Part shown: in pieces, positions 13,331 to 25,364 of the stretch
How positions within the stretch are numbered: the stretch's first letter is position 1
Layout of the letters: each line of letters starts with the position of its first letter
From: Gonapodya sp. JEL0774
Lineage: Eukaryota
Direction: 5' to 3'
Length of the DNA stretch: 60,043 bases
Assembly: GCA_027604505.1 (NCBI GenBank)
Contig: JADIIX010000006.1
Coordinates: forward strand, 248,001 to 308,043
Position numbers and translations under genes: made by a program
Notes under the pieces: generated by a model
What the model was told of the DNA's origin: nothing
Seen by the model: only the letters and a program-made list of their open reading frames with translations
The model's database searches: none

Positions 13331-14270
13331 CAACCGGCCGCAGCTGTGGCAACCGGTGCCGGAACCGGCGCGTGGGCCCGGAACCTGCGCCTGAAGTTGG
13401 CAGGGCGCGCGCCGGTGTGCAATTTGCGGTACAGGAAGACGGCGCGGATGTTGAGTGCCGCGTTAATGCCACTGTGCCACCTCACGGCGCACCGCGGGCA
13501 CCGCTTCCGCCGCCAGTCCCGCCCCTGGCCATTTGCCATGTAGGTCGGGTTGCCGTTGAAGAAGCACTAGTTGCACTCGATGGACGTGCGGTCCTCATTT
13601 TCAGAAACGAAGGCGTGGACGGACGTGCTGTTTCTCGAGCAGCAACTTACAGACCTTCTTCAATGGCATCGACGACCCACGGATGCCCGCATGTTGACAA
13701 CGTCCAGGTCCCCAACGGCCAGCAAAATGTCCAACGGCCTCATCCCCCGCTCCTTCCGCTTCGCTTTGTCCCGGTCCCGCTTGGCCACAAACCCAAAGTC
13801 CTTCCCGTCTGGCTCGCTCTGCCCAAGGATGGCGAACCGACGCGCGATTTGGTGGGGCGCGCGCGGCTTTGCGATGGTGCTGGACCATCGGCCCCTCCGA
13901 GAAGCCCCCTCGCGGTAGCAATCCAACAACACCTCGCCAAACTCCGAAATCTGCTCGAGCCGGCTAGTGAGGCCGGCTGCGTCCGAGGTTTTCAACGTGA
14001 CGAGTTGGCTCTCGAGCCACGAAAAGTCCATGTCCTCCTTGTAAGCGTTGAGGCGGCGGGTGGCTCGGTTCTTGCCGATTTGCTCGAAGTACTCGTCGCG
14101 TTGAAGGAGACAGACGGCTTGACGCCGACCTCCGCCGCGGGTCCGCCGGTTGACACATCCACCAGGTTTGTGGGGTCAAGGCCCAGGACGATGGTGTTGG
14201 GGTGCATAGGGACGGGTTGGAGGGGAGGTTGCGGTGGGAGGCGTTGCCGCTGCCCACGCTTCACGGTCCG
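13330..14270 (-). pseudogene. Fanzor (eukaryotic TnpB-like RNA-guided RuvC nuclease) relic, 5'-truncated and frameshifted
   Basis: Motifs in order across frames: IVLGLDP (RuvC-I, 14172-14192), DEYFEQIG..LKT..CY..RRGRW..IAKPRA, ILLAVGD, NEDRTSIECN*C (RuvC-II plus first Zn pair, 13564-13599), CPRC..WHSGINAALNI (second Zn pair plus RuvC-III, from 13447), RPANF. Intronless and GC-richer than its neighbours. Confidence 0.85.
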
Positions 14271-14355
14271 CTAAAGTTGAGCATGTGCACTGACACCCGT
14301 GACAACTCCATTTGCTGATGACAATACAGATGTGATACGGGGGACTCTCACGTTC

Positions 14356-15138
14356 CTATGATTGATTCCTAAATACATCAAAGCTATTATCTTTAATCAT
14401 CTGCCAGCAGCACCATATTCCCACCGCCGGGCCTATGATCCAAATAATATTGGAAATCCAGACAACTGCCATACCGGCAATGGTCTTCCCCCTCTGACGG
14501 TCGTTAAGAAAAAAGGACGTAAAATACAAGATAGTGCCCACAAGTTCTTGCCAAAAAAACAGGGCGTTGGTGAACCCCAGGAGGCGTGGGGATAGGGAGA
14601 GAGGGGGGGGCAGTTCGACTGTCAACGAGAGAAGGAGGTGGACCGTAGGAAGGAAAGTGACGAAACCATTGCCGATATCCACAGTGAATCCGAACGTGGT
14701 TTGGTCCGAATAGCTTCAATGGGGTTGATGAAGGTCGTCAATTCATGGGAGTGATTACAGGATACTCAATGATCAACATTCAAACGTCATTCGTGCCACA
14801 CCAGCTCACCTTGGATCCAGTAACGAGTACGTACTCCATACTCTAGACCAGTACTTCATGGACAGTGCGTCCGACAAATCTACGTGTTCGAAAAGGAATA
14901 TGTTGCGGGGAAGCTTGTCTTTACCCCAAACCTTTCTGAGATCGTCGTACTGCTGTTTGATGAGCCGTCGATGAATGAACAAAGTCATTTCCCATAGACA
15001 AATCAAAACGTTTATGAGGAGAAAGAGGGAGAGTGCGAGGTACATCGGAGGTAGCGAGCCATATGCATTGAGGTGGAGAAAGGCGAGGCCGAGGAAAGGC
15101 CCGCCTACCAAGAGCGAGCAGTAAAAGATTGCAAGCAT
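14356..15138 (-). CDS. Emopamil-binding (EBP/EXPERA-like) membrane protein, 2 exons
   Basis: Intron 14714-14809 joins VWSTYSLLDP-SYSDQTTFGFTVDIGNG. Also NVLICLWE, FWQELVGTILYF, SNIIWIIGP. Several TM helices. Confidence 0.6.
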
Positions 15139-15534
15139 TGATTGTGAATAAGAGTGATTCCTACGACGATGACGAGGAAAAAGTGATAATGCGTTGTGGA
15201 ATTAATTGTCAAACCTCGCTCCACAGCCCGCCCCTCAGGCGAGGTGGCACCAACAAGCGGGGGAAGCACCTTCCCCAACACCAACCTAGATAAGTGCCTA
15301 TTCCAGAAGATGAAAGAGCATTATCTTTAAATCTCCTTAAGCGTATTAGCAACCACATAACGAACTTTCGATGAGTATGGTTCAGCATCGGCCCGTGACA
15401 CCTTTATTCATAACCAGACCTTCAGTCTACGTAGTTACATAATGAAACAAACGTTGTTATTATAATAATAATACGAAGAAATGTGAGGTCTGTAAATCTA
15501 GCGGTGTCGAAAACATTCCGTACATATCTCACTA

Positions 15535-18091
15535 TCACCCATAGTCCTTCATCATCTCCCTCTCCTCCAGCCACCCCACTGCACTACACCCTGCGGGCCC
15601 TCCCACTCCATACTGCCCCATTCCAGATCGCCCCCTCGGACACCTGAAGCCAGCGAACCTCGGACATGCCCGCATAACGAGCCAGCACAAGTCGACGCAT
15701 GGGAGCAACTCGGTGTAAGGTAAATACGCACCAGTATCGTTCAAGGCGCCAGCGAGGATGGGGAGTGCTTTGGGTGGCGGTGGAGCAGATGCAGCATTCT
15801 CGGGGAAAGGGGTGTCGTGTACCTGGAGCACACGACCTGCCGATACGCCCCGCGCACTGTGCGGTGGGTCGCTTCGAGGGTCGCGTGCGATGAGCGAATT
15901 GGGAACAATCGTTGCAAAGGATGGGTTGGATGGTGAGGGTGCGCATCGAGGAAAGAGCGATGCACACAGCCAGGCACGATAGGCCGCCATGCAGTCAGGG
16001 GGTTCATAAAGAGGAGAGTAACTATGTTGGAAGAACCACGTATGTGGGGAGCAGGTAACGACATGTAAGCATCAAATAGTCAAATGGCAAAGGTCAAAAA
16101 TTACCAAAAGTTTCACTTCCCGGGCCCCGGCCCCCGCGGGGGGCCGGGGGGGCGGCGGGGGCGCCGCGGCGGGGGGGGCGGGGGAACGCCGGGCGCGGGG
16201 GCCGGGGGAACGGCGGGCGGGCAGGAGNNNNNNNNNNCCCCCCCCCCCCCCCTCCCCACTCGCTAGATCATAGAAATACCCACGTGACATTCCCAAACCC
16301 TTTAATTACCCATCCCCACTTATCACCCATATTTCCTGCCACTCGGTCTACCGCCTCTGCAACATTAAATCTCTCAACGTCTGAATTGAGCGACCACGTG
16401 GGGAATGGCGTAGAGTACGCGATTTGAGAGCAGTAGGAGAGAGAATTTGGAGGAATCAGGCGGCAGGAAGAGGGGTCTCAAGTACAGAGGTCGAGGTGGG
16501 ATCGTCGGAAGACATAAAACAGAGAGGTGTCAGCAACGAATGGGGAGGATCACCACTGGCAATCACATCTTTCTCCAGGGCGATTCGATGATCCGCATCA
16601 CCAATTCACAACAGTGGTGAAAGGCGACTCCCCAGAACCAGTGTTGACGTCTCACAAAAACACCCACCGCTAAACTACCACACACTTGGTGACTCTCATT
16701 TTGACGCCTTCAACTGGCAACCACCAAGATGCTCCAATCAACTCACCGTTCTCCTCTCTCGTCACCGCCACCACTGGTTGCGACACCACCTGCCCCCCCG
16801 CGATCATATCGTCAACAACCCAGAGAATTACAATGGCCCCGAATTTGGAAGGTCGGGATAGTGTGACGATGATGTTGCAGTAGGTCGGGGTGGATGACCG
16901 GTAATGGGAGAGGACTTGAGCCGCGCCGGCGAGACCGGCAGATGTACGGTTGGTGCGGAGAACGAGGGCGGTGAAGGTTGTATTGCCATAGGACGTGAAG
17001 TTGGGAGTTCCAGTTGTACCAGATGGTTGGCTTAGCCCGGAGACAACACCAGAAACACTGACATCAGTTCCATTGACCTTCTTTGTGTCGGAGACGGGCA
17101 CAAGAAGGGACGACGTGGAGATGGCACATGGTGTGGCGAGGAGGACATGCAAAGGGATCTGCTGATCCGAAGAAGCACGGTGGGTGACAGAGACGTAATA
17201 CAATCGGCGGGAAACGAGAAAAGGATTCGGTGGGTCGAGAATAGCGAGGAAAGAGGCGGAGGAGATGTCGGCGTCGTCGAGGAATGCTGTAGAGAATGGT
17301 AGATTCACCAAGCGTCCACTCGAGTCTTCTCCGCCATCTGTGGTGGTCGTGTATGTGATGATACGATATGACCAAAATTGAGAGGAAGAAAGAGAAGAAG
17401 GCGTAACGACGGTCACATAGAGGATTCGTCGTCCGAGGTCGTCTTTCGGGATAGAAGCGGCCGGTATTGCGAAACGTGCGACACCAGGGGCGAGTCCCGA
17501 GCCAAATGAAACAACAGTGGATGCATTAGGTGGTGAGTAAGGCACTGGTGGTACGAATGTAACATAGAGGGATGGGAAAGCTGAGGCGGGGGGAACGGCG
17601 CAGAGGGAGACCGAGAGAGTCACGTTTCGGACCACTGAAGCTGTGGAAACGCTGCCTGGAGATACCGTGACCTGCCTGCGAGCAAGAAATGATAGAGGGT
17701 GAAGTTTGCTTAAGAGGGTGTTAAACACGGATCGAGGTGCCGGCGGTGGTGGTGGAGGAGGGAAAGGTGTGAAGCGTCCGAGACCGGATTCGTGTTCATC
17801 CTTTACGTCGCCTTCTTTCTCGCCTTTCACTCCATTTTGGCGTTTCTCGATTCGCTCTCTCCCAATTTCCTGTGCCTCAGTGAGTTTAAACATGCCAGGC
17901 TGCGTTGGTGAGTCTCCCACCACGTAGACAAAAGTCTGTGCTACCGTCCCAGTTTGAGAAACTGCCAACCACTGTGTATCGTTCAACTGAATGCTGGTAT
18001 TTCCTGTTGCGTTGAAGGTTCGCGTTGGAGGAGCTTGACTCAACGCTGGCAGTGTCCAAACTACCACTACCATCAGAACACGCCAAGACAT
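15535..18091 (-). CDS. MID1: Mid1-like calcium channel accessory subunit, multi-exon, spans an assembly gap
   Basis: Signal-peptide-like MSWRVLMVVVVWTLPALSQA, many NxS/T sites, CRLIPPNSLSYCSQIAYSTP, CMAAYRAWLCASLFPRC, YTELLPCVDLCWLVMRACP..GFRCP. The start could lie further upstream, up to 18223. Confidence 0.85.
16228..16237. other. Assembly gap with low-quality poly-G/poly-C flanks
   Basis: Run of 10 N between extremely G-rich and poly-C sequence. Confidence 0.95.
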
Positions 18092-18328
18092 GTAAAAGGG
18101 ACAACTGATTCCTGCTGCAGCCATTGGGAGTGGATCTCGTCGCTTGGCTGTCGGCTGAGGTGGCTGTCCCATTTTCTTGCCTGCAACGTGGACGGACAGA
18201 ATTGGACCCCATTGGTGTCCCAAATCAAGACGGCCTGGGTGACTCTCACTATCAGATTATGTATGCTTTACTTGTTCGGTCAAGAAAATTCCTAATCGCG
18301 GAGATATTTAAACTCTTTGGATTCCCCA

Positions 18329-20189
18329 CTACCCAAAAGCACCCCAGCCTCTTCCACCTCCCGCTCCGACTCCGAATCCAGTGAATCCTCCATTGCTCCC
18401 TGTATCCACACCAAGTTCTTGCCGTTGAGCTCCCAACCCAGAAACACCTCCAACTGTTCGCCTGTCGACGCCGGGAGTCCAATTAAGGTCAATGCTGCTG
18501 GACCCTTCACGGAACCCAAATACACCACTGCCTCCGTGGTGGTTTTCCTGTTTGTCTTGCTGTTCTTGCACACTCCCAACACTTGTTTCGACACTGAATG
18601 CACGTCCATCGGATTCCGTGCGAGGAGGGGGCGTCGACAGCGGTGGTAACGCTGGAAAGGCTGATGGCTGCAGCAAGTGGTATTGTTGCTGTTGCTGCTG
18701 ATGTCCGATTCCACTTGCATTCCCCCACCGACCACGCTTCGTTGCTGGTCCCTCCTCGCCATGCACTCCAATATCCATTCCCACGTTAACGCCTCCACCT
18801 GTGCCCGCATCCACCGCAAAACTCTTCCCTAGAAAAGAAAATCCACCCTGAACTTGCACCTGCAATGGAGTTTCTGAACCCACGGGCACGTAAAAGGACG
18901 GGGAGGGATTTGATATCCTTTGGAGAGTGGCAGGAGTTGGATAGCGGCGTTTGAGCGAAGCGGACGAGGACGGTGAGGATATGGAAGCTGAGGAGGATGC
19001 GGGACGAGGGATGCGGCGGGAGACGGGGCGAGTAGTGAAAGGAGGCCGAGGTGGAGTGTTGGAGAGTTGCGAAGTTGAGTTGCGTATGGTAGGATTGGTG
19101 ATTGTGGAGAGAGATAGAGACGACAAGGCCTGGTGAAGGAGGTTTTGAGAAATGATGTGGGGTAGTTTGCGAAAGACATGTAACACGTTAGATAATCTCC
19201 CCTCGCAGAATGACAGGTTCAACAGGAATGATCAGAGACATGCGCAAAAAAATGCAGCATTAACAAAGTTCCAACATCTCATGGTGACATGGCAGTCATG
19301 GATCGAGCCAATCCGTCCCTGCTACCGCTCCTACCTTTTGTTCATATTCGCATTGCCATCTGTTCTCAAAACTCACCTGTACACTCGCCCCGCCCCGTTC
19401 ATCACCACCATCATCTTTTTCCCAATCTGCACTGTTCCCGTCCTGGTCTTCATCTCCATTGTCCCTTTCCCGCACTTCATCCTCTCCCGTATCCGCAGCC
19501 AAATCCGGTGGAGAAGATGACGACGAGGAAGGTTCCATAGGTGGAGAAGGCGGGGCTCGGTGCGAGTGAATGTTGATGTTGGTTTGAAACGATCGGCCCC
19601 CGTCTACAAGCGCTCGGATGTTTGAATTTGAGGTTGTCCCTAGATGCGATGAAGCCATGCCGCCGGTCGCTGCACTCGAGAAACTTCCCCCACCATCGCG
19701 AGCGCAGGAGTGGGAAGCTTGTCGTGCATGTCCGGTCCTTCCTGAATCCGTACCTGCTGCGACCAACTGGCTGTCCACTCTCTCCTCCCCAAGTCCCCCA
19801 CCAGCGTTTGCTCCCGCTTCCCTGTTCCCACCGCCCTCATCATACCGCCGCTTAATCCACGCTACCAGTTCAGCATAACCGACCACCATCGTGGCTAAGT
19901 TCTGTGGTTGTGGTGCACCAGTCCCAATGCCATTGTTCAAGCCCCCCTCTGAAACCATTTCGTCCCCGTCCGCACCCCGCGCCAAGGCTGCCGCCTGATT
20001 CCACACGTCAAGCAAAGCCTGTTCATAGCCAGCTGAGTACGAGAGTTTATTCGTCCGCAAGCCCTGAACATAGAGCTGGGTAATGGTGGAGGCCGCAGTT
20101 TTGAAAGAAGAGTTGAAAGACTGTTCAAGAGTCTGGAGGGAGGACGAAGGTGAAGATGAAGGAGTCGGAGGGAGAAGAGAAGGCGTCAT
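18329..20189 (-). CDS. HAPSTR1/C16orf72-like N-terminal domain protein with long disordered tail, 2 exons
   Basis: SFKTAASTITQLY...YSAGYEQAL...LVAWIKRR. A phase-0 intron at 19130-19376 (GTGAGT..CTAAC..CAG) joins the two long ORFs in frame. Confidence 0.6.
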
Positions 20190-20599
20190 TTTCTGGAGAG
20201 CAACCGGGTTTATTCAAAGTGGAAAGAGGGAAGGGGATAAGTGGATGCACGTTTGACCACAGCGTGTGACCTCGCTTTGCGATTCCAAAGGCGGCACCGG
20301 CACATAAAATTATTACCGTGAAGCGAACTATGGAAGAGGGATGTGGACAGTAGAGGGTTTGTGAAGTATGTCGCGAAAAGATGAACTAGAGTGAGGGCCA
20401 TGAGAAAGGGGTATACAACCATTGCCGCCATTGCTAATATGCGCACACAACCGCTCCTAATAAAACTATTCATGGGAGAACCAACAAGAAGTTGCTATTG
20501 TGTTTAAGTCCCAAAAATATATACACAAATTCAAGAATAATTATGTAAATAGGGGTCGTGTCTAATTTAGATCCAGAGATCCAGAGATGTTTCGCCAAG

Positions 20600-22739
20600 T
20601 CCGTTTTATATCATCCGTCCACAATATAACGTATAATATGGAAATCACGGAGAGTGAAACCAGGCATATGCCTGAACAGACGACGTGTTCTGTTTTCACG
20701 AATTACCTTCGCAAGTTTGCATCATTCACTCACCAACAAAAGGCCAAACAGAGTCCTCCGGAGTTCCTGTACTCTGCCACGGAACATGTAATTGAGTGCT
20801 CCACAAAGTCGCAACAAAGTTCAACGGAAGAAACACTGCGGCGACTATGGCGAGCTGAGAACGGTGGATGATTTATCTTGGGATACAAAGCGTCAAGTAA
20901 ATCTGTTCCTGACCCACCTTGGTTTGATTCTCCGCTGTGTCGATCTCCAACCTCTTTCCAAAGCTCTCGACTCTATATTCAAGCCTTTTCTCGATTCTAC
21001 TCAACAGCTCGGTATTGTCCTTCACATTCGCATCCATTGCCAACCACCGCCGCTTGGCTCGCGGGTCTACGTCAAGGTAAGGAACACCCTCAGCATCATG
21101 AATCCAGATCTTGCTCGTATCCCGCTCCAGGATTGGTAGCATCCCGGCGACGAGGACTTTACGATCCGCAAGAAGTGTCTCAATCAAGATTTGACAGTCG
21201 GAGTATTGGCCTGCGGTTGGAATTGTAGGGCGATATCGAACAATGATATGTCACCACGAGACACTCAATATGCAAAGTTGGTGAAGACACTGACGCAGGT
21301 GTCGGCTGAGGAGCTTCTTATCCCTAGCTGTCAGTTTATCGCTGTTCAACTGGAGCGCAAACTTGTCAATCCCTGTTTCTAAGGAAGCGATTTTCTGTAC
21401 CAATCCGTCCATGAATGTCTCGTGAACGGCATCGAATAGTACGGAAGCTGCATGTGGGGAGTGCCGACATACAACCTTTGGTTGTCGTCTTCGAAGACAT
21501 GAAAGAATTTTAGTTCTCACCCAAAGACGGAAATCCTGTTCCAGGTGTACGTCCAGGTACAATCCTCGGCGCATTGGTTGTTTTGTTACTTATCTGCGGA
21601 TTTGAAGAGCGCTGAACGCCTCTGCTTCTGAATGAGACACGCTGCTAGGAAACTCACAATGACAGCAAAGTTTCTACGCAAATAGGAGATAAGCAGGCCC
21701 GTTGGGGGTGTGCTCCAAAATTCCACACCTTGATCCCGGTGGAATCGGGAAACACTGTAGGAGTACTCCCAACAATGAGGGATGATCGGCATAACTGTGG
21801 CAACGTTTTTGAAACATAAGAGACTTACATAACAGTGATAGGTGGAGCTCTCCGCTCAAAATAGTCTTCATGCACGCTGACTCGCGAATGCAGGGAAGTA
21901 ATACTCATCTCTTCCACCACTTTCGGCACAAAGAAGCACTGCCCAAAAAATGCTTCGCTTACAATGACGCACATGGACACAAAAACGTGACTCACATCTG
22001 TAACTATTTCAAAAAGCTCTCTTTGGGGGTCCAGCAATCGCCCAGTCGGGTCGTGTACCCAGGTTTCGGGTTCAACTAAATCCAACACGAACCAATGGTC
22101 TCCAGGCTGCAAGCTGCACAGAAGCAGGGTCATGGCCAACGCAGAAATTTTGGTTCTTATCACTTCCAAGTCCATTTGGGGCGTCGCCTCTAAGATTGCC
22201 GTGTCCGGAGGAAATGCCTTTTCGGTTGCGATCATCATCTCGTCCACTCGAGACCTTAGTGCGCCTCCAAGTTGCTCGTTTAAATGATTAAGGTTGTTGG
22301 CTCGGATGGGTACCTCTTGAGTGGGTATCCAGAGATTTACTGACACATCTTGCAATTGAGGTAGCGTCATCATCTTGTCAATCGCTTTAAACTTGATCCA
22401 GAACCGTGTTCCGTGAACTTCATGAGGGTAATGTAATTCATTATGCGAAGTTCGCGGGAGTGTGAATCTCAAGCTCACCCACACTGTGAAATTGTTGCTG
22501 GCAAGTGTCCCTGGAAATGCTCTCCTGCGATCGAGAACGTATCTGATTTTCCTAAGGCAGGCTTGGCGGATAAGCTCACGAACTCGGGTGGTTGAGTCAT
22601 TTTCCAAATTATGTGAAGCAGTTACATAAGTCGGTGAGATCAGGGTGGACGATGACCAACTTGATCGAGACTTCACTAAAAATGAATTGAGCGGAGAAAT
22701 AGAGCGCTTCACGAAGGCGTGATTGAGGATTGACAGCAA
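20600..22739 (-). CDS. Hypothetical protein, multi-exon
   Basis: A chain of - strand ORFs (304, 65, 107, 104 aa) separated by GTGAG/GTAAG donors. No family recognised; both ends are uncertain. Confidence 0.5.
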
Positions 22740-22859
22740 AAGTGAATGAACGCTGGGCAGATTCGTCTTGCTCCGAATTCACAAATCTTAACATCTATTT
22801 TAAGAAAGTGTTATATCTTACGAGTCCTTGACTATCATCGGAGTCACGCTCAAGTTGCA

Positions 22860-25253
22860 TCTATATTTTTGACCGTGGGTGCATCCATCGTCTAAGGAAG
22901 CTGAAAAATGCACAACTGTTAAGAACGGAGCACAGAGGGTCAACGAAATGAAACAGACTCACTTCCGCTTCTTGTCTTCCTGTTCAATTTTCTTCTTTCT
23001 ATCTTCCTCTTCCAGTTCTTCCCGCTCCACGCGCCAACCTATCTCCCTTCGCAGTGCAACATTTAAAGCCACGTTCCTGCTCCTGGCCTCGTCAAGTTCA
23101 CTTGTAAGTGACGATATAGCGGCACGAAGAGCCGCTGGGCTATCTAAATCTGAACGAAGAGCGGCAAGCTCATACTCCAGTTCCTCGACCCGCAACTGAA
23201 GCGCATCGCGAGAAAGGTGGAGTTTTGATATTGTGGCGTACTCTTCACGGTCATTGTGTGAAGATGACTTGAAAGCATTGCTCAACTTGCTGTTATTTTG
23301 CGGTTCGACGGATGCATCCTGCGCATCTCCGGCGTCACTTCTCGTGCGTTCGCGATACAGAGAATCCAGCTCAGCTTTCACTGATTCCAACTCGGATTGC
23401 AGATTCCGGTACTGCTGTTCAAGCTCCGTGTCATCGTTGCTTGAAGATCGTGCCGTGGCCGTATCAGTATCTCGGTCTGCATCCTCTCGGTATGCCTCGT
23501 GACTTTCGTGAGGCAAGTTGGATTCCGTCTTGAGGCGCTCATTCTCATTACGGAGGGTTAGAATTTCATGGCGAGCCGCCGTGAGATCGTCTTTAAGATT
23601 TTGTAGGCTCTCGGACGTCTGAAAGTCATCGTCCTTCCTTTCAGCACCTGCGCGATGTTGTCTCAATTGATCTAGTTCAGATCGCACGGAGGTCAACTCA
23701 TTGCGCGCTTGCTGCAACTCGTCCCTCAATTCGTCATAGTCTGATGTATCTGATCCATTGCTGCCACTCGCTGTAAACTCTTCACCGTTGTCGACAGTGC
23801 CACTGTTCTGCTCTTTCAAATCCGCAAGTTCGGATAAGGCAGATGAGAGGTCGCTTCGAGCCTTCTCCAACGCTTCCTCTAATTTTTTAGCAACAGACAC
23901 ATCGAGACCATCCCTGATTGGTGATTCACCTTCGTCCCCGCCGCCATTGTTACGATCCCGCAATCTTTCCACCTCTGATTGAGCGAGTAACAAGTCATTC
24001 TGAGCCTTCTCCAACGCCTCCTTCAACTCCTCAATCATGGAAGAGTCAGATCCATGAGTGCTCGTTCTTTTTGGGTCTTCATCGTCCCCGAAGCCCTTAT
24101 CCCGCTCCTTCAAAAGTGCGAGTTCCGACTGCGCGAATGAGAGGTCAACGCGAAGCCTCTCTACTTCTTCTCGTAGTTGTTGAAGCTCCGACGAATCAGA
24201 ATCACGAGTCCCCCTTAAATGCGGTCCATCTTCATCTTGAACGAGGTCACTCTCCTCCCTGAATCGCTGAAGCTCAGATTGTGCCGATAGTAGGTCGTCC
24301 CGAGCTTTCTGCAATTGTCCCCTTAGTTCTTCCATCTCTGACGGATCGAAATCCTGAACACTCCTCATCTGCACTTCGTCTTCATCTTTGCTGCTAGCAT
24401 TCCCCTCTTGTAATCGCTCAATCTCCGACTGTGCAAGTAGCAAGTCCTTCCGAACCTTCTCTAACTCTTCCCGTAGATCTTCGAGCCGCGATGAATCAGG
24501 TTCACGAGTGTCCCCCATCTGCGGTTCGTCTTCATCGTCGGCGCTGCTAGATTGCTCCGTCAATTGCGCGAGCTCCGACTGGGCCAACGACAGATCGTTT
24601 CGAGCTTTCTCTAACTCCTCCCTGAGATTGTTAAACTCTCTTGCGTCAAACTTATGGGCATCCCTCGTTCGCGGTTCGTCGTCGTCCTCTGCGTGAGAAT
24701 CTTGAAGCTTTAATTGCTCGATTTCCAATTGGGCAGTCGCTAGGTCGTTACGAACTCTCTCCAATTCGTTCAGAGCACGCTCTAATTGTTCCCGCAGCTC
24801 ATCTGCTGCCGAGGTGTCAGAATCACGGCTTCTTGATGTACCCAATTCCGAATCCCTCTCTCCGCTAACCCCATTCTCCTTCTCTTCGAGATCCTCTTTT
24901 AACTGATCGTGCTGCAATTTCACTTGCGCGAATTGCCCTTGGAGATCGTCTAGCTCGCGCTGTAGTTCCGAGACACGTTGCTGCTCCATTTGAAGTTGAG
25001 AGTCCTCAGCTTCTACACGGCGGGAGGGCGAGAGCGGGGATGATCCTGAAAGCCTATGATTCGCAAGCTCCTCAAGTTTTTTTCGCAGCAAATCGTTCTC
25101 CTCGACTAAGGCTACTCCCATCGCGATGGCGTGTCGCACCCATTGAGCTCTCGTAAACAGCTCGGGCTTCGATTGGGCGACATCAGGTTTCCCAGGTCTC
25201 GATGGTACAGTGGAGTTAGAGGAATCATCTTCTTCGTCGTCCCAATTCGCCAT
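22860..25253 (-). CDS. Acidic coiled-coil protein with about nine ~50-aa internal repeats
   Basis: 764-aa ORF with repeated D..ELREELEKARNDLxxAQSELxxL + acidic linker. A GTGAGT donor near 22962 adds a short last exon. Confidence 0.8.
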
Positions 25254-25364
25254 CGTGCAATGACAGTGTCAGGATCCAACTTTTCTGTTCCGAAGGCTCG
25301 GCTGTGAGCATCGGCCTCAGCCATAAATTAGTAAAATTACTCGGGCAATTGTATTCTTATGCAA

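Larger units (their letters stand above)
13100..14275 (-). mobile_element. Remnant of a Fanzor-carrying transposable element (boundaries uncertain)
   Basis: A compositionally distinct block between two ordinary genes. It holds the Fanzor relic, a G-tract spacer and a possible terminus cactgtcaacattcaaaaaagtgg at 13100. No matching second end or TSD was seen. Confidence 0.5.

Noticed and set aside
13372..14274. 300-aa + strand ORF
   Set aside because: It is the antisense shadow of the GC-rich Fanzor relic. The recognisable motifs are all on the - strand.
16110..16260. Extremely G/C-rich tract resembling a G-quadruplex or repeat
   Set aside because: It flanks an N gap and interrupts the Mid1 coding region, so it is most likely low-quality read-end sequence.
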